Source: Pseudomonadota bacterium
Lineage (GTDB): Archaea > Thermoplasmatota > SW-10-69-26 > JACQPN01 > JAJPHT01
Assembly: GCA_021325135.1 (NCBI GenBank)
Contig: JAJPHT010000029.1
Span: 32,001 to 96,000 of the forward strand
Direction: 5' to 3'
Length of the DNA stretch: 64,000 nt
Every line of letters begins with the position of its first letter. The first letter of the stretch is position 1. Below, piece by piece: positions 9,001 through 17,693 of this stretch. The notes below the pieces were generated by a model. The model made no database searches. It was not told where the DNA came from and worked only from the letters and a program-made list of their open reading frames with translations. The translations under genes were made by a program, and so were the position numbers.

Positions 9001-9848
9001 TCGCTTCGATCCTGGCACGCCGCGCCGCCGGGGCCCGTCGCGCAGACGGTGAGGCCCTTGGTGACGTCGAAGCCGGCGTAGACGCCGGGCGCGAGGAGGA
9101 CGGTGGCGCCCGCGGCGGCGCACCCGATGGCCTCCTGCGGGTCGGGGTGCGCGGGCTCGGCGCAGGTGTCTAGCACGGCGGGCACGACGCGGATGGCGGC
9201 GGCCTGCACGGCGAGGTCGTCCACGTAGAGGGGCGCGCCCTGGGGCCACGCGGCGCCGCCGGAGACGACGCTGGTGAGGGAGAGCGAGAGGAGCGTGGCG
9301 CCGGGGTTCGCGGCCGCGAAGGCGGCGAGGCTCTGCGAAGGGCCGCCCGCGCACGGGGCGAACGCGGCGGAGGCATCGAGGGCGCGCTGCGCGTAGGCGG
9401 GCGTGAATGGGAGCGCGCCGGCGCCGTCCACGAGGCAGGCATCCGCGGCGCCGTCGCCGTCGAGGTCCACGTGGAGGGTCTCCGCGAGGGCCATGCCGCG
9501 GGAGGGGTTGGGGGCCTCGTACCAGTAGGAGAGGCCCGTGATGGACGCGAGGTCCGCAGGCTGCGCGAGGTACGCGCGCGCCTCGCCCAGGGAGCCGGAG
9601 GGCTGCGGCGCGGCGCCGGCCTTCCCGAGGTCCACGGACTGCTGGCCGCCGTGCGCGACGGGCGAGGTCTGCGCCCCGTCGAGGAGAAGCTCGAAGCCGT
9701 TGGCGCGGGAGGGCGAGCCTTCGAGGCCCGGGTTCTGCAGCGTCTGCACGCTGGGCGCGGGGGGAGAGACGGCGCCCGCGGGGAGCGCGACGCCAGCGGC
9801 AAGGAGGGCCGCGACGACGAGCAGGGTGCGGAGAGCCGTCTGCGCCAT
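6027..9848 (-). CDS. large secreted protein with right-handed beta-helix region, PKD domains and about 4 cadherin/He_PIG-like Ig repeats (1273 aa)
   Basis: Signal peptide; 'PQEAI..AAAGATVLLAPGVY' beta-helix entry; ENDWG cap; repeats of DPDGD.L.YSA..LP.GA.FD...F.WTPDY.QAG.Y; PKD motif SYAWDFD. Confidence 0.85.
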   Translation of the reverse strand: MAQTALRTLLVVAALLAAGVALPAGAVSPPAPSVQTLQNPGLEGSPSRANGFELLLDGAQTSPVAHGGQQSVDLGKAGAAPQPSGSLGEARAYLAQPADLASITGLSYWYEAPNPSRGMALAETLHVDLDGDGAADACLVDGAGALPFTPAYAQRALDASAAFAPCAGGPSQSLAAFAAANPGATLLSLSLTSVVSGGAAWPQGAPLYVDDLAVQAAAIRVVPAVLDTCAEPAHPDPQEAIGCAAAGATVLLAPGVYAGFDVTKGLTVCATGPGGAACQDRSDAVVDGRADGLSLVRMLAPDATLRGLVLQNPNLTATDQSAGASVGPALLLITGDRDVARHNVLRANGAQPGPLASRWMTYGIDVAGGDDVLLDGNDVSGLPASRGVDGTCAHAPCGVVGVHVAPAAHRLVADGNSVTMGAASPSSAYLLEGDGATVRDSFAKIAANSSASPLDAAIVRAYADDVNVSGNIFQPSASTGVAPLAVYARGANLVMEHDSLLRFERGVDADLSAGGALTGLVFSSTDRPIALRGGSPVLLENYVVSGASTAVSLDGASAARLSANLLRGTTALALGPGVRGASVDARENDWGVYSRAAILGKIADQGSGNAVDVSCYVDSIPTARVCPPTAGFTLQGASWGKPMAFADASQSGGRAIVSWAWTFSDGATATGAQASHAFAAPGPASATLTVTDSDGWTGATTRAFDVSDAAPVLSPIGDRVVGEGERLAFRLSAADPDQDNVTFSATGLPEGATFDTASGSFSWTPDFTQEGAYGPVTFAASDGFLSDAEAINLTVGHRNAPPLLSIEGPLAASEGSVLSFLARGSDVDGDRVSLFDSGNPVGARFSDLGNGTAQFSWTPDYTQAGTYNLTLQAWDGHNLTQNVVALRVADLDRAPAFSPIPAARGREMQPLQLQVAATDPDGDALAYSATHLPAGASFDPNARVLRWTPTYLQAGTYVVTFRANDGNLTASADATLVIDDADRAPTLAPLPDQAGRAGATLRVPLAANDPDSDPLTFSSPDAPPGVSFSGATLVWASTPAQAGSHTLTVVASDGTLNASQTLNVSLAVNAPPVVSLTLPASANVTVAAPFSGWGSADPDGDSRKLSYAWDFDPSDGFQAQAKGANVSWTFATVGPHVVTLRVTDQDGVVSERNATLVVDDRLTAVAWAYLETPTRGLGFVTLRDPPFGALAHHDVDVQIGWQPSPGGPEVPLHQLTATTRDDGSAMFPLPVDAVVMNLPGTHVIHATATLEGSYGGDTETATSTATYTPGILP

Positions 9849-9910
9849 GGGCCAGCCTCGCGGGCGGAACGGGAGCGGGAGCGGGGGTCACCTTTCCGCC
9901 TCACCGGCGG

Positions 9911-9933
9911 GGGTGACCCCCAAGGGGTTACCC
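9911..9933. other. inverted repeat / hairpin between the two large surface-protein genes
   Basis: GGGTGACCCC-CAA-GGGGTTACCC (10-bp arms, one mismatch), immediately after the stop of the 9936..13352 gene. Confidence 0.45.
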
Positions 9934-9935
9934 GA

Positions 9936-12900
9936 TCAGGGCGGGGACGCCGGGGGGACGTCGGGCGTGGGCACGTCAGGCGAGGGGACGTCCGGCACCG
10001 AGGGCGCGCCGGGGCCGATCACGATGGTGACCGCGCTGGTGGCCGTGGAGAGGCCCGCCGCGTTGGTCGCCGTCGCCTGGAGCTGGTGCATGCCGGCCAT
10101 CATGCCGGTGGTGTCCAGCGTGCAGGAGAAGCCGTCCGCCACCGTCGAGTCCACGCAGACGACCTGGCCGTCCACGGCGAACGACACCGAGAGGACGGGC
10201 GCGCCGTCGTCGGTGGCCGCGACGTCCATGGGCACCTGCTCGCCGGCGACGTAGGCGCCGCCGATGGGGCCCGCGAACGTGGGGTCCTGGAAGCTGGCCG
10301 TGGGGGGCGTCGTGTCGACCTTGACGACGCGCGCGGGGGCGGCCGTCTCAACGTTGCCCGCGTTGTCCACGCTGAACGCCTGGATGGTGTGCGTGCCGTC
10401 GCCCAGGCTGCCGGTGATGCGGCTGCTGCCGGGGACGTTGGTGGACTTGCCGTCGACGACCAGCACGGTGCGCGCGAGGCCGCTGGGGCCCGCGTCGCTG
10501 CGGTCCACCGTGTAGCTCACGGGGGCGGACTGCCACGAGCCGGAGTCGGGGCTGAGGGTCAGCGTCGTGGTGGGCGCCTCGGCGTCCACGAGGGTCGTCG
10601 CGTTGGCGAAGGAGGTCGCGCCGTCGGCGTCCGTGACCATGACGCCCACGGTGACGGGGCCGTCGTCGGTCGCGGCGACCAGGAGGCGCGCGCCGTCGGG
10701 CGAGGCCGCGTAGGTCGCGCCGTCGGTGGTGAACAGGAACGACGCGCTGGAGAGCGCGCCGTCGGGGTCCACGCTGCCGGTGGCGTCGAAGGCGACGACG
10801 CCCGGGCCCGCGGCCGCGGGGGCGACGATCTTCGCGCTGGGCGCGACGTTGTCCACGTGGAAGCCCGCCGTGTGCGTGACGGTCGCGCCGCCGTTGTCCT
10901 GGATGGTCAGCGTCACCACGTAGTCGCCCAGCATCGTGGGCTTGTAGGACACCGAGGTCGCGTTGGCGCCCTGCTGGCCCATGCCGGTCACCGAGTGGTC
11001 GGGGAGCTCCACGGACCACGAGCGCGAGACGACGTAGCCGTCGGGGTCGTGGGACGCGTCGGCGAAGGCCAGCGTCGTGAGGCGCGTGACGCCGCTCGTG
11101 GGCGTCGCGGTGAAGGCCGCGGTGGGGAAGACGTTGTCCAGGCCGAAGCTGGGCGAGGACGCCGCCTCGACGAAGGTGCCCGCGTCGCTCACGGCCTTCA
11201 CGTTGTAGGAGCCGCTGTGCGCGAGGAGCGCCGAGAGGTCCGAGGGCGTGAGGCTGAAGGAGACGCTGCCGCCGGGCGTGGCCACGCTGCGCGAGCAGGA
11301 GCCGCACACGACGTAGGCGGGGTCGGTCGCGCTCACGAGGCGCACGTTCACCGTCTCCAGGACGCGGCTCGCGGTGGAGAGCGTCGCGGTGAGCACGGGG
11401 AAGCTGTTGCTGCTGGCCGCGCAGGTGCTCCCGGAGGAGGCCGCGGGGCACGAGAGCGTCAGCGTCGCGGGCGAGGCCAGCGAGGCGCCCAGCGTCGTCG
11501 CCAGGGGCAGGGGCGTGAACTGGTAGTCCATGGCGTCGGCGACGCTCCAGCCGGCCACGGCGTTGCGCGCGGGGCTGTAGTAGCCGCTGCTGGGCTCGCT
11601 GGAGGTGCCGTACACCGTGGTGTAGACGGAGTCGGGCGTCTGCTGGACGAAGGCCCACGGGACGGGGGCGGGGTCGCCGCCCGCGGCGTTGTGGAACTTC
11701 GCGGGGTCCGCCACCACGAGGACGTGGTCGGAGACGGAGCCGTCCGCCGCGAGGACGTGGTAGACGTTCGCGGGCTGCGACGTGAAGACGTCCGTGCCGT
11801 AGGGGGGCAGGCCGCTGGTGGGCGAGCCGCCGGGCGCGAAGGTGCCCTCCAGCGCGCGCTGGTCGAGAAGCTCGAAGAGCACGTTGGGCGAGGCGGCCAC
11901 GTCGACGGACTTGGGGGAGATGCCCGTGTAGTCCATGGAGGAGATGTCGTACACATACGCGCTCTTGCCGCCCGCGAGGGGCGTCAGGAGCTGGTGGACC
12001 TGCTGCGCGTCGCCGACGACCGAGTTGGCGGGCTGGATGAAGACCGAGTAGCCGTCGCTGAGGTCCGTGCGCGTGGAGACGCCCTGCTGGAGCGTCGCGC
12101 CGCTCAAGACCACGGAGTCCAGCTGAACGTGGGGCTGGGCCGAGGGGTGCGAGGGCTGGCTCTCGCCGTAGGACGTGCCGTAGTAGAGGTTGAAGAAGAA
12201 CTCGTTGAGGCTCTTGCCCTGGAGCTGGTTGCCGAAGTCCATGCAGTAGTGGTGCCAGGCCGCGTCGGCGGGCAGGTCGATGCCGCCGTAGCCGGGCTGC
12301 GTGGAGTGGGCGTCGCCCGCGCCCCAGACGTTCGTCTGGAGGTAGAAGTGGTCCATGACGCCGGCCGCGTCGTAGAAGCGCGCGTCGAAGCACGCCTTCA
12401 CCGAGGGGCCGCCGACCCACGCGCTCTGCGCGGTGGGGGCGCTGAGGTACTGGCCGAAGATGAGGTCCTTGCCGTCGTCCGCGGCGTTGTACTCGATGTC
12501 GACGTAGGCGCCGTTGGAGCCGTCCTCGTAGCCCACGTGGTGGAAGGAGGCGGGGAGCGTGGCGCCGGGCGCGGGGGTCGAGCCGCTCTGGTCGACGACG
12601 TCGGGCTTGTTGAGGATGAGGTGCCAGGGGGCGATGGCGGTCTTGAAGCCGCTCGCGCCGGGCTGGTCGACGCTCTCGTAGCCGCCGTCGCTGTGGCCAA
12701 GCTCGAAGCCGGCGTTGAGGAGGGGGTTCCCGGGCTGGACGAGGCCGGTGGGCTCGCCGTCCACGGTGAAGATGGGGGAGAAGCCCTCGTCGGCGAGGTC
12801 CGCGTCCTTCCAGTCGCCCTGGGCGGCGGCCGCGTTGGCCGCGAGGCTGAAGGAGCCCGAGGGGCAGATGCCGTCGGAGCCGCAGAGGTACTGGCCGTTG

Positions 12901-13352
12901 GCGTCGTCGACGGCGGAGAGGGTGAACGTCACGCCGTCGAAGGGGCCGGCGAAGGAGAGGAGGCTCGCCGGCACGCGCACGGTGCCCGTGCTGGCGGGCG
13001 CGTCCAGGTGGACGTGCGTGGTGTAGATCAGGTCGATGGCGGGGGCGGGCGCGTCGGGGTTGCTGCCGCCGTCGCCGTGGATGCTGTTGAGGTCCACGAC
13101 GTAGTCGGTGACGGGGAAGGGGGCGCCCGAGCCGTCGTGCAGCTCGAAGTCGAAGACGAAGAGGCCACCCACGGAGCTCATGACAACGCCGGCGTTGCCG
13201 GCGACCGCCTGGCGGGGGAAGGCCAGGACGACGAGGTTGTCGGCCCCGCCGGGGGAGTTGTCGGCGGAGACGGCGGCGAGGGGAGCGAGGGCGGCCAGAA
13301 GGGTCGCGGCCAGAAGGGCGGCGAACGCGCGCGTGCGGGACGAGCTTGACAA
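9936..13352 (-). CDS. large secreted acidic surface protein with PKD and Ig-like (Big) domains (1138 aa)
   Basis: TTG start with GGAGG 8 nt upstream; signal peptide; C-terminal PKD/Ig repeats (DPDG, DNAGNVE, LDTTG...G.H.L.ATATN); Pro-rich tail VPDVPSPDVPTPDVPP. Confidence 0.85.
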   Translation of the reverse strand: MSSSSRTRAFAALLAATLLAALAPLAAVSADNSPGGADNLVVLAFPRQAVAGNAGVVMSSVGGLFVFDFELHDGSGAPFPVTDYVVDLNSIHGDGGSNPDAPAPAIDLIYTTHVHLDAPASTGTVRVPASLLSFAGPFDGVTFTLSAVDDANGQYLCGSDGICPSGSFSLAANAAAAQGDWKDADLADEGFSPIFTVDGEPTGLVQPGNPLLNAGFELGHSDGGYESVDQPGASGFKTAIAPWHLILNKPDVVDQSGSTPAPGATLPASFHHVGYEDGSNGAYVDIEYNAADDGKDLIFGQYLSAPTAQSAWVGGPSVKACFDARFYDAAGVMDHFYLQTNVWGAGDAHSTQPGYGGIDLPADAAWHHYCMDFGNQLQGKSLNEFFFNLYYGTSYGESQPSHPSAQPHVQLDSVVLSGATLQQGVSTRTDLSDGYSVFIQPANSVVGDAQQVHQLLTPLAGGKSAYVYDISSMDYTGISPKSVDVAASPNVLFELLDQRALEGTFAPGGSPTSGLPPYGTDVFTSQPANVYHVLAADGSVSDHVLVVADPAKFHNAAGGDPAPVPWAFVQQTPDSVYTTVYGTSSEPSSGYYSPARNAVAGWSVADAMDYQFTPLPLATTLGASLASPATLTLSCPAASSGSTCAASSNSFPVLTATLSTASRVLETVNVRLVSATDPAYVVCGSCSRSVATPGGSVSFSLTPSDLSALLAHSGSYNVKAVSDAGTFVEAASSPSFGLDNVFPTAAFTATPTSGVTRLTTLAFADASHDPDGYVVSRSWSVELPDHSVTGMGQQGANATSVSYKPTMLGDYVVTLTIQDNGGATVTHTAGFHVDNVAPSAKIVAPAAAGPGVVAFDATGSVDPDGALSSASFLFTTDGATYAASPDGARLLVAATDDGPVTVGVMVTDADGATSFANATTLVDAEAPTTTLTLSPDSGSWQSAPVSYTVDRSDAGPSGLARTVLVVDGKSTNVPGSSRITGSLGDGTHTIQAFSVDNAGNVETAAPARVVKVDTTPPTASFQDPTFAGPIGGAYVAGEQVPMDVAATDDGAPVLSVSFAVDGQVVCVDSTVADGFSCTLDTTGMMAGMHQLQATATNAAGLSTATSAVTIVIGPGAPSVPDVPSPDVPTPDVPPASPP

Positions 13353-13523
13353 GGGGAAGCCTCCGGTGCTTGCTTCTGGCCGCCTGCAAGCCAGGGCCCT
13401 TCAAGGCCTTTCTCAGGAAACCCTAGGTGGTTACACCCTTTTGGCTGCGCAGGGGCAAGACCCAAGGGGGGTCGGCCCGGCGTTCCGGAAGCTTTTCCCA
13501 CCCGGGGGCCCGAGGGGCGGCGC

Positions 13524-13811
13524 ATGGCCCCCCGCGTCGACGCGCGCTACCTGCCGGGCCTCCTGGCGACCGCGGGGAGGGCCATCTCCCGCCACCCGGC
13601 CGCCTCGGGCGTCGTGGCCCGGGTCCGCACCGCCCGCACGCCGGAGGACCTGGCGCGCATCCTCTCGCCCCTGGACTTGAGCCTCGCTCCCCCGGCGCGC
13701 CAGCTCGTGGAGGATGCCCTCGCCGGCGGCCCGCGCTGGAAGGCCGCCCACGCGGCCCTCGTGCGCAGCGCGGAGCAGTCGCTGGCGGAGCGTTTCTGGC
13801 CGGGGTCTTGA
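13524..13811 (+). CDS. hypothetical protein (95 aa)
   Basis: ATG about 25 nt after the AT-rich CTTTT tract; helical composition; fills the gap before the convergent acyl-CoA dehydrogenase. Confidence 0.6.
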   Translation: MAPRVDARYLPGLLATAGRAISRHPAASGVVARVRTARTPEDLARILSPLDLSLAPPARQLVEDALAGGPRWKAAHAALVRSAEQSLAERFWPGS

Positions 13812-13817
13812 GGGGGC

Positions 13818-14978
13818 TCAGCGGCTCGCGGGCAGCCCGATGCTCTTCGCGATGACCATGCGCTGGACCTCGCTGGAGCCCTCGCCGATCTCGCAGAGCT
13901 TGATGTCGCGCCAGTGGCGCTCCACGGGGTAGTCCGTGGTGTAGCCGTTGCCGCCGAGGACCTGGATGCACTCGGTGGCGGCGCGCATGGCGGCCTCGCT
14001 GGCGTAGAGCTTGCCCATGCTGGCGGCGCTGCTGAAGTCGCGCCCCTGGTCCTTCAGCCACGCGGCGCGCAGCAGGAGAAGGCGCGCGGCGTCAAGCTCC
14101 GTCGCCATGGTGGCGAGCTTGAACTGGATGGCCTGGAAGCTGCCGATGGGCTTCCCGAACTGCTGGCGCTCCTTGGCGTAGGCCAGCGCGGTCTCGTAGG
14201 CGCCCTGCGCCATGCCCAGCGCCAGCGAGCCGATGGCGATGCGGCCCGCGTCCAGCGTCTTCATGGCGCCGGTGAACCCCTTGCCGAGGCCCGCGGGGCC
14301 GCCGAGAAGCTGCGAGTCGGGGACCCAGCAGTCGTCCAGGAAGACCTGCGACGTGGCGCTGCCGTGGAGGCCCAGCTTGTGCTCCAGCTTGCCCAGCGTG
14401 AGCCCCTTGGTGCCCTTCTCGACGACGAAGGCGCTGATGCCCTTGGCGCCGGCGGCGGGGTCCGTCTTCGCCATGATGGTGAACGTGCTCGCGAAGTGGC
14501 CGTTGGTGAGGAACACCTTCTGGCCGTTGAGCTTCCACCCGTCGCCCTCCCGCGTGGCGATGGTGCGCAGCGAGGCCGCGTCGCTGCCGCTGGTGGGCTC
14601 GGTCAGGCCCCAGCCGCCCCAGTGCTCGCCGCTGGCCAGCTTCGGAAGATAACGCTGCTTCTGCTCGTGCGTCCCCATGATGTTGATGTGGGACGAGCCG
14701 AGGCCGCAGTGCGCGGCGAACGTGATGCCCACGCTGCCGTTCACCCGCGAGAGCTCCTGGATGGCGAGGTTGTAGCTGATGGCGTCGAGCCCCGTGCCGC
14801 CGTACTCCGTGGGGATCGTCATGCCGGCGAGGCCAAGCTCGGCGGCCTTCTTGAGCACGGAGGAGGTCCAGACGCCCTTCTCCTCGATGAGGTCGATCTC
14901 GGGCGCGACCTCCTTCTCGGCGAACTCGCGGACCATCTTCTGGATGGCCTTCTGGTCCTCAGTGAGCTCGAACTCCAT
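13818..14978 (-). CDS. acyl-CoA dehydrogenase
   Basis: MEFELTEDQKAI start; LTEPTSGSDA, LNGQKVFLTNG, RQQFGKPIGSFQAIQ, QVLGGNGY, IGEGSSEVQR. Confidence 0.95.
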   Translation of the reverse strand: MEFELTEDQKAIQKMVREFAEKEVAPEIDLIEEKGVWTSSVLKKAAELGLAGMTIPTEYGGTGLDAISYNLAIQELSRVNGSVGITFAAHCGLGSSHINIMGTHEQKQRYLPKLASGEHWGGWGLTEPTSGSDAASLRTIATREGDGWKLNGQKVFLTNGHFASTFTIMAKTDPAAGAKGISAFVVEKGTKGLTLGKLEHKLGLHGSATSQVFLDDCWVPDSQLLGGPAGLGKGFTGAMKTLDAGRIAIGSLALGMAQGAYETALAYAKERQQFGKPIGSFQAIQFKLATMATELDAARLLLLRAAWLKDQGRDFSSAASMGKLYASEAAMRAATECIQVLGGNGYTTDYPVERHWRDIKLCEIGEGSSEVQRMVIAKSIGLPASR

Positions 14979-15276
14979 GGCTTCGCGAAGCTGGGCGGGG
15001 GTCAAAAAGGTTCTCGCGATCCGGGGCGCGGACCCGTCTCTTGGCCCACGCTGGCCCCTCGGGCTTGCCTTGGCACGGCCGGGTCCGGCCATGCGGTGCG
15101 CCACCCCTTTGGGTGTGGCTCCTCAGCCTAAGGGCGCTCGGCCCGAGCCCTCACCGGCTTCGATCCCCTCGCGATTGAGAAGCGACCTCCAAGAAACTCC
15201 GCTGCTGTTATCTTCTTGATCGGCGTTGGGGCCAGCGGGTTGTTTGTCGCTCCCTTTGGTGGACGGTGAAACCTTC

Positions 15277-16017
15277 ATGGCTTACAGTTTCCTTCCTCGC
15301 CTCATGGCCGCCTTCGCGATTCTCGCCACGCTGGGCGGCGTCGCGTTGCCCGCCCAGGCGGCCCTCGTCTACTCGCCTTGCCTCTCGTACCTGGACCAGG
15401 GCGTTGCGCCGCGCGCCGCGTCCCCCTCCCCCACCGCGCGCTGCCTGGGCGACACGCAACCCGGCAGCGCCGGCACGGCGCCCATTCCCGACGATGAGTA
15501 TCTCGACGCGGCAAGCGGCATCGTCTACCGCTCAACGCCCACGGGCCTGGAGCCCATCGGCGCCGGCGTCGAGCAGGAGGGCTACGTCGAGCTGCAGACC
15601 TCCTCCGACCTGGACTACTCATGCTCCAGCACCGTCCCCGTGGACGGCTCCCCCTGCGTCTCCTCCGACGTCTGCGGCCACGTCTGCGAGACCGTCCGCG
15701 TCGCGCTCGTGGGCTGCCACCGCGTGAGCCTCGAAGTGACCTTCGTTCCGGCCGTCACGAACTACAACAACGAGGAGACGGTCACGCACGACTATCCGCC
15801 CGGCTGCGCGGCGTCGCCCTTCCTCCCCGTCCCGGAGATCCATTGGGCGGGCCAAGGAAGCCAGGCCGTGACCTCCATCGACGACGCCTGGGACGCCGCG
15901 CCGCCCGGAAACTTGTGCCATCACGCGAACGACAGAGGGGTCCCGTTGACGGTCCAGACGGAAATCCTCGTGGACGGCGTTCGACACGGACTTACGGAAT
16001 TGACTCTGTGCCGGTGA
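15277..16017 (+). CDS. secreted Cys-rich hypothetical protein
   Basis: Signal peptide ending ALPAQA; about 10 Cys in the mature region. Confidence 0.7.
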   Translation: MAYSFLPRLMAAFAILATLGGVALPAQAALVYSPCLSYLDQGVAPRAASPSPTARCLGDTQPGSAGTAPIPDDEYLDAASGIVYRSTPTGLEPIGAGVEQEGYVELQTSSDLDYSCSSTVPVDGSPCVSSDVCGHVCETVRVALVGCHRVSLEVTFVPAVTNYNNEETVTHDYPPGCAASPFLPVPEIHWAGQGSQAVTSIDDAWDAAPPGNLCHHANDRGVPLTVQTEILVDGVRHGLTELTLCR

Positions 16018-16021
16018 CTCC

Positions 16022-16597
16022 ATGCGCTCTCTCGTCGTGCTCCTCGCGCTGCTCCTCCTCCTGCCCTTCGTCCAGGCGGGCACGCAGGCGGAGCCCGAGA
16101 TCATGGACAGCCCGCCCGTGCTGGATGCGGCGTATGGGGCGACCCGCGGGGACACGACCCTGGACGCCCCGGAAATCGACCTGGTTGCCGCCTGGTTCAG
16201 CGCGAACGACACGACCGTGGGCGTCACCTGGCAGGTCGTCAACGAGTCCCACCGGCTCCAAGAACGCGAAGTGCAAGGGTTCGGCATGACGTTCCTGTGC
16301 GGAGCAACGCACCTCTACGCCGAGGCCGACCTGGGGGGCCCGTATCGCTCGCCGATCGGCCTGATCACAGGATGGAATGACATCGCGCCCGTGACCGTTG
16401 AGGGCGACTTCATCCACGCGGAGTTCCCCCGCTCGGCGTTCGATGCGTACTCTTGCACGGTGTTGACGCACACGCTCGCGAGCAGCATCCTCGCCATCAG
16501 CACGACGAACCCCAACTTCTGGAGCGGCGGCGGGAACCTCTGGTGGCGCGACCGCGCGCCCGACGTCGGCTTCGGGCGCGACTTCGCGCTGACGTAG
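16022..16597 (+). CDS. secreted hypothetical protein
   Basis: Signal peptide MRSLVVLLALLLLLPFVQA; D.VAAWF and C-terminal DRAPD.G.GRDF motifs; 4 nt after the previous gene. Confidence 0.75.
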   Translation: MRSLVVLLALLLLLPFVQAGTQAEPEIMDSPPVLDAAYGATRGDTTLDAPEIDLVAAWFSANDTTVGVTWQVVNESHRLQEREVQGFGMTFLCGATHLYAEADLGGPYRSPIGLITGWNDIAPVTVEGDFIHAEFPRSAFDAYSCTVLTHTLASSILAISTTNPNFWSGGGNLWWRDRAPDVGFGRDFALT

Positions 16598-16639
16598 CCC
16601 ACCGAAACGCTCATCCCGGCCCGCAATGTCGGCGTCCCT

Positions 16640-17563
16640 GTGGAGCCGGCCATCGTCGCGCGGGGGCTCGTGAAGCACTACGGCGACGTGGAGGCGGTGC
16701 GCGGCATCGACTTCGAGGTGCCCACGGGGACCGTGTTCGGCTTCCTGGGGCCCAACGGCGCGGGGAAGTCGACGACCATCCGCATGATCCACGGTCTCGC
16801 GCCGCGCACGGCGGGGCGCCTTGACGTGCTGGGGATGGACATCGCGACGCATGGGCGCCAGATCAAGAGGCGCATCGGCGTGGTCCCCCAGGAGAACAAC
16901 CTGGACAACGACATGACCACCCGCGAGAACCTGCTGGTCTTCGGGCGCTTCTTCGACATCACCGGCGCGCGGCTTCGCGACCGCGTCGACGAGCTTCTGG
17001 CCTACGTGCATCTCACGGAGAAGGCGGACGCGCGGGCGGAGGACCTCTCGGGCGGCATGAAGCGACGGTTGCACATCGCGCGCGCCCTGGTCAACGATCC
17101 TGAGCTTCTCATCCTGGATGAGCCCACGACCGGGCTCGACCCGCAGAGCCGCGCCCTCCTCTGGGAGCGCATCCGCGCGCTGCGCCGCGAGGGGCGCACC
17201 ATCCTCCTGACCACGCACTACATGGACGAGGCCGAGAAGCTCAGCGACGACGTGGCCATCATCGACGGGGGGCGCATCATCGAGCGCGGCGCGCCCGCGG
17301 CGCTGGTGCGCAAGCACGTCGGGCGCGAGGTGCTGGAGGTGCGCATGCCCGCGCAGGGCGACGCGAGGGTGCTGGCGCGCGCGGGGAGCGCCGCGCTCCA
17401 CCACGAGCGCGTGGGGGACGAGCTTCGCCTTTTCGGCGAGAAGGGGGAGCCCCTGCTGGAGCACGTCCACGCCGCGGGCGTCGAGCCGGAGGGGCACGTC
17501 GTCCGGCGGGCGACGCTGGAGGACGTGTTCTTGAAGCTCACCGGCCGCGGGCTGAACGATTGA
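16640..17563 (+). CDS. ABC-2 exporter ATP-binding subunit (NodI/DrrA-like)
   Basis: Walker A GPNGAGKST, signature LSGGMKRR, LDEPTTGLDPQ, TTHYMDEA, TLEDVFLKLTGR. Confidence 0.93.
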   Translation: MEPAIVARGLVKHYGDVEAVRGIDFEVPTGTVFGFLGPNGAGKSTTIRMIHGLAPRTAGRLDVLGMDIATHGRQIKRRIGVVPQENNLDNDMTTRENLLVFGRFFDITGARLRDRVDELLAYVHLTEKADARAEDLSGGMKRRLHIARALVNDPELLILDEPTTGLDPQSRALLWERIRALRREGRTILLTTHYMDEAEKLSDDVAIIDGGRIIERGAPAALVRKHVGREVLEVRMPAQGDARVLARAGSAALHHERVGDELRLFGEKGEPLLEHVHAAGVEPEGHVVRRATLEDVFLKLTGRGLND

Positions 17564-17693
17564 GCGCGTCCGGCAAAGCCCCTCAAAGTTCCCGGCAAAG
17601 CGCCTCAGGAAAGGACATCTAACCTCGCACGACGTGGGGCACCATCCTCCAGGCCAGCGCGGCTGGACGGAGGTCACCGGAGGCTCCGCCCCC

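Noticed and set aside
15095-15175. tRNA-like look (GCTTCGATCCC plus small hairpins)
   Set aside because: No acceptor stem, D-arm or anticodon arm can be built and the T-arm stem does not pair.
16640-17563. Nodulation-factor export (nodI/nodJ gene names)
   Set aside because: Family resemblance only; no nod biosynthesis genes; substrate unknown.
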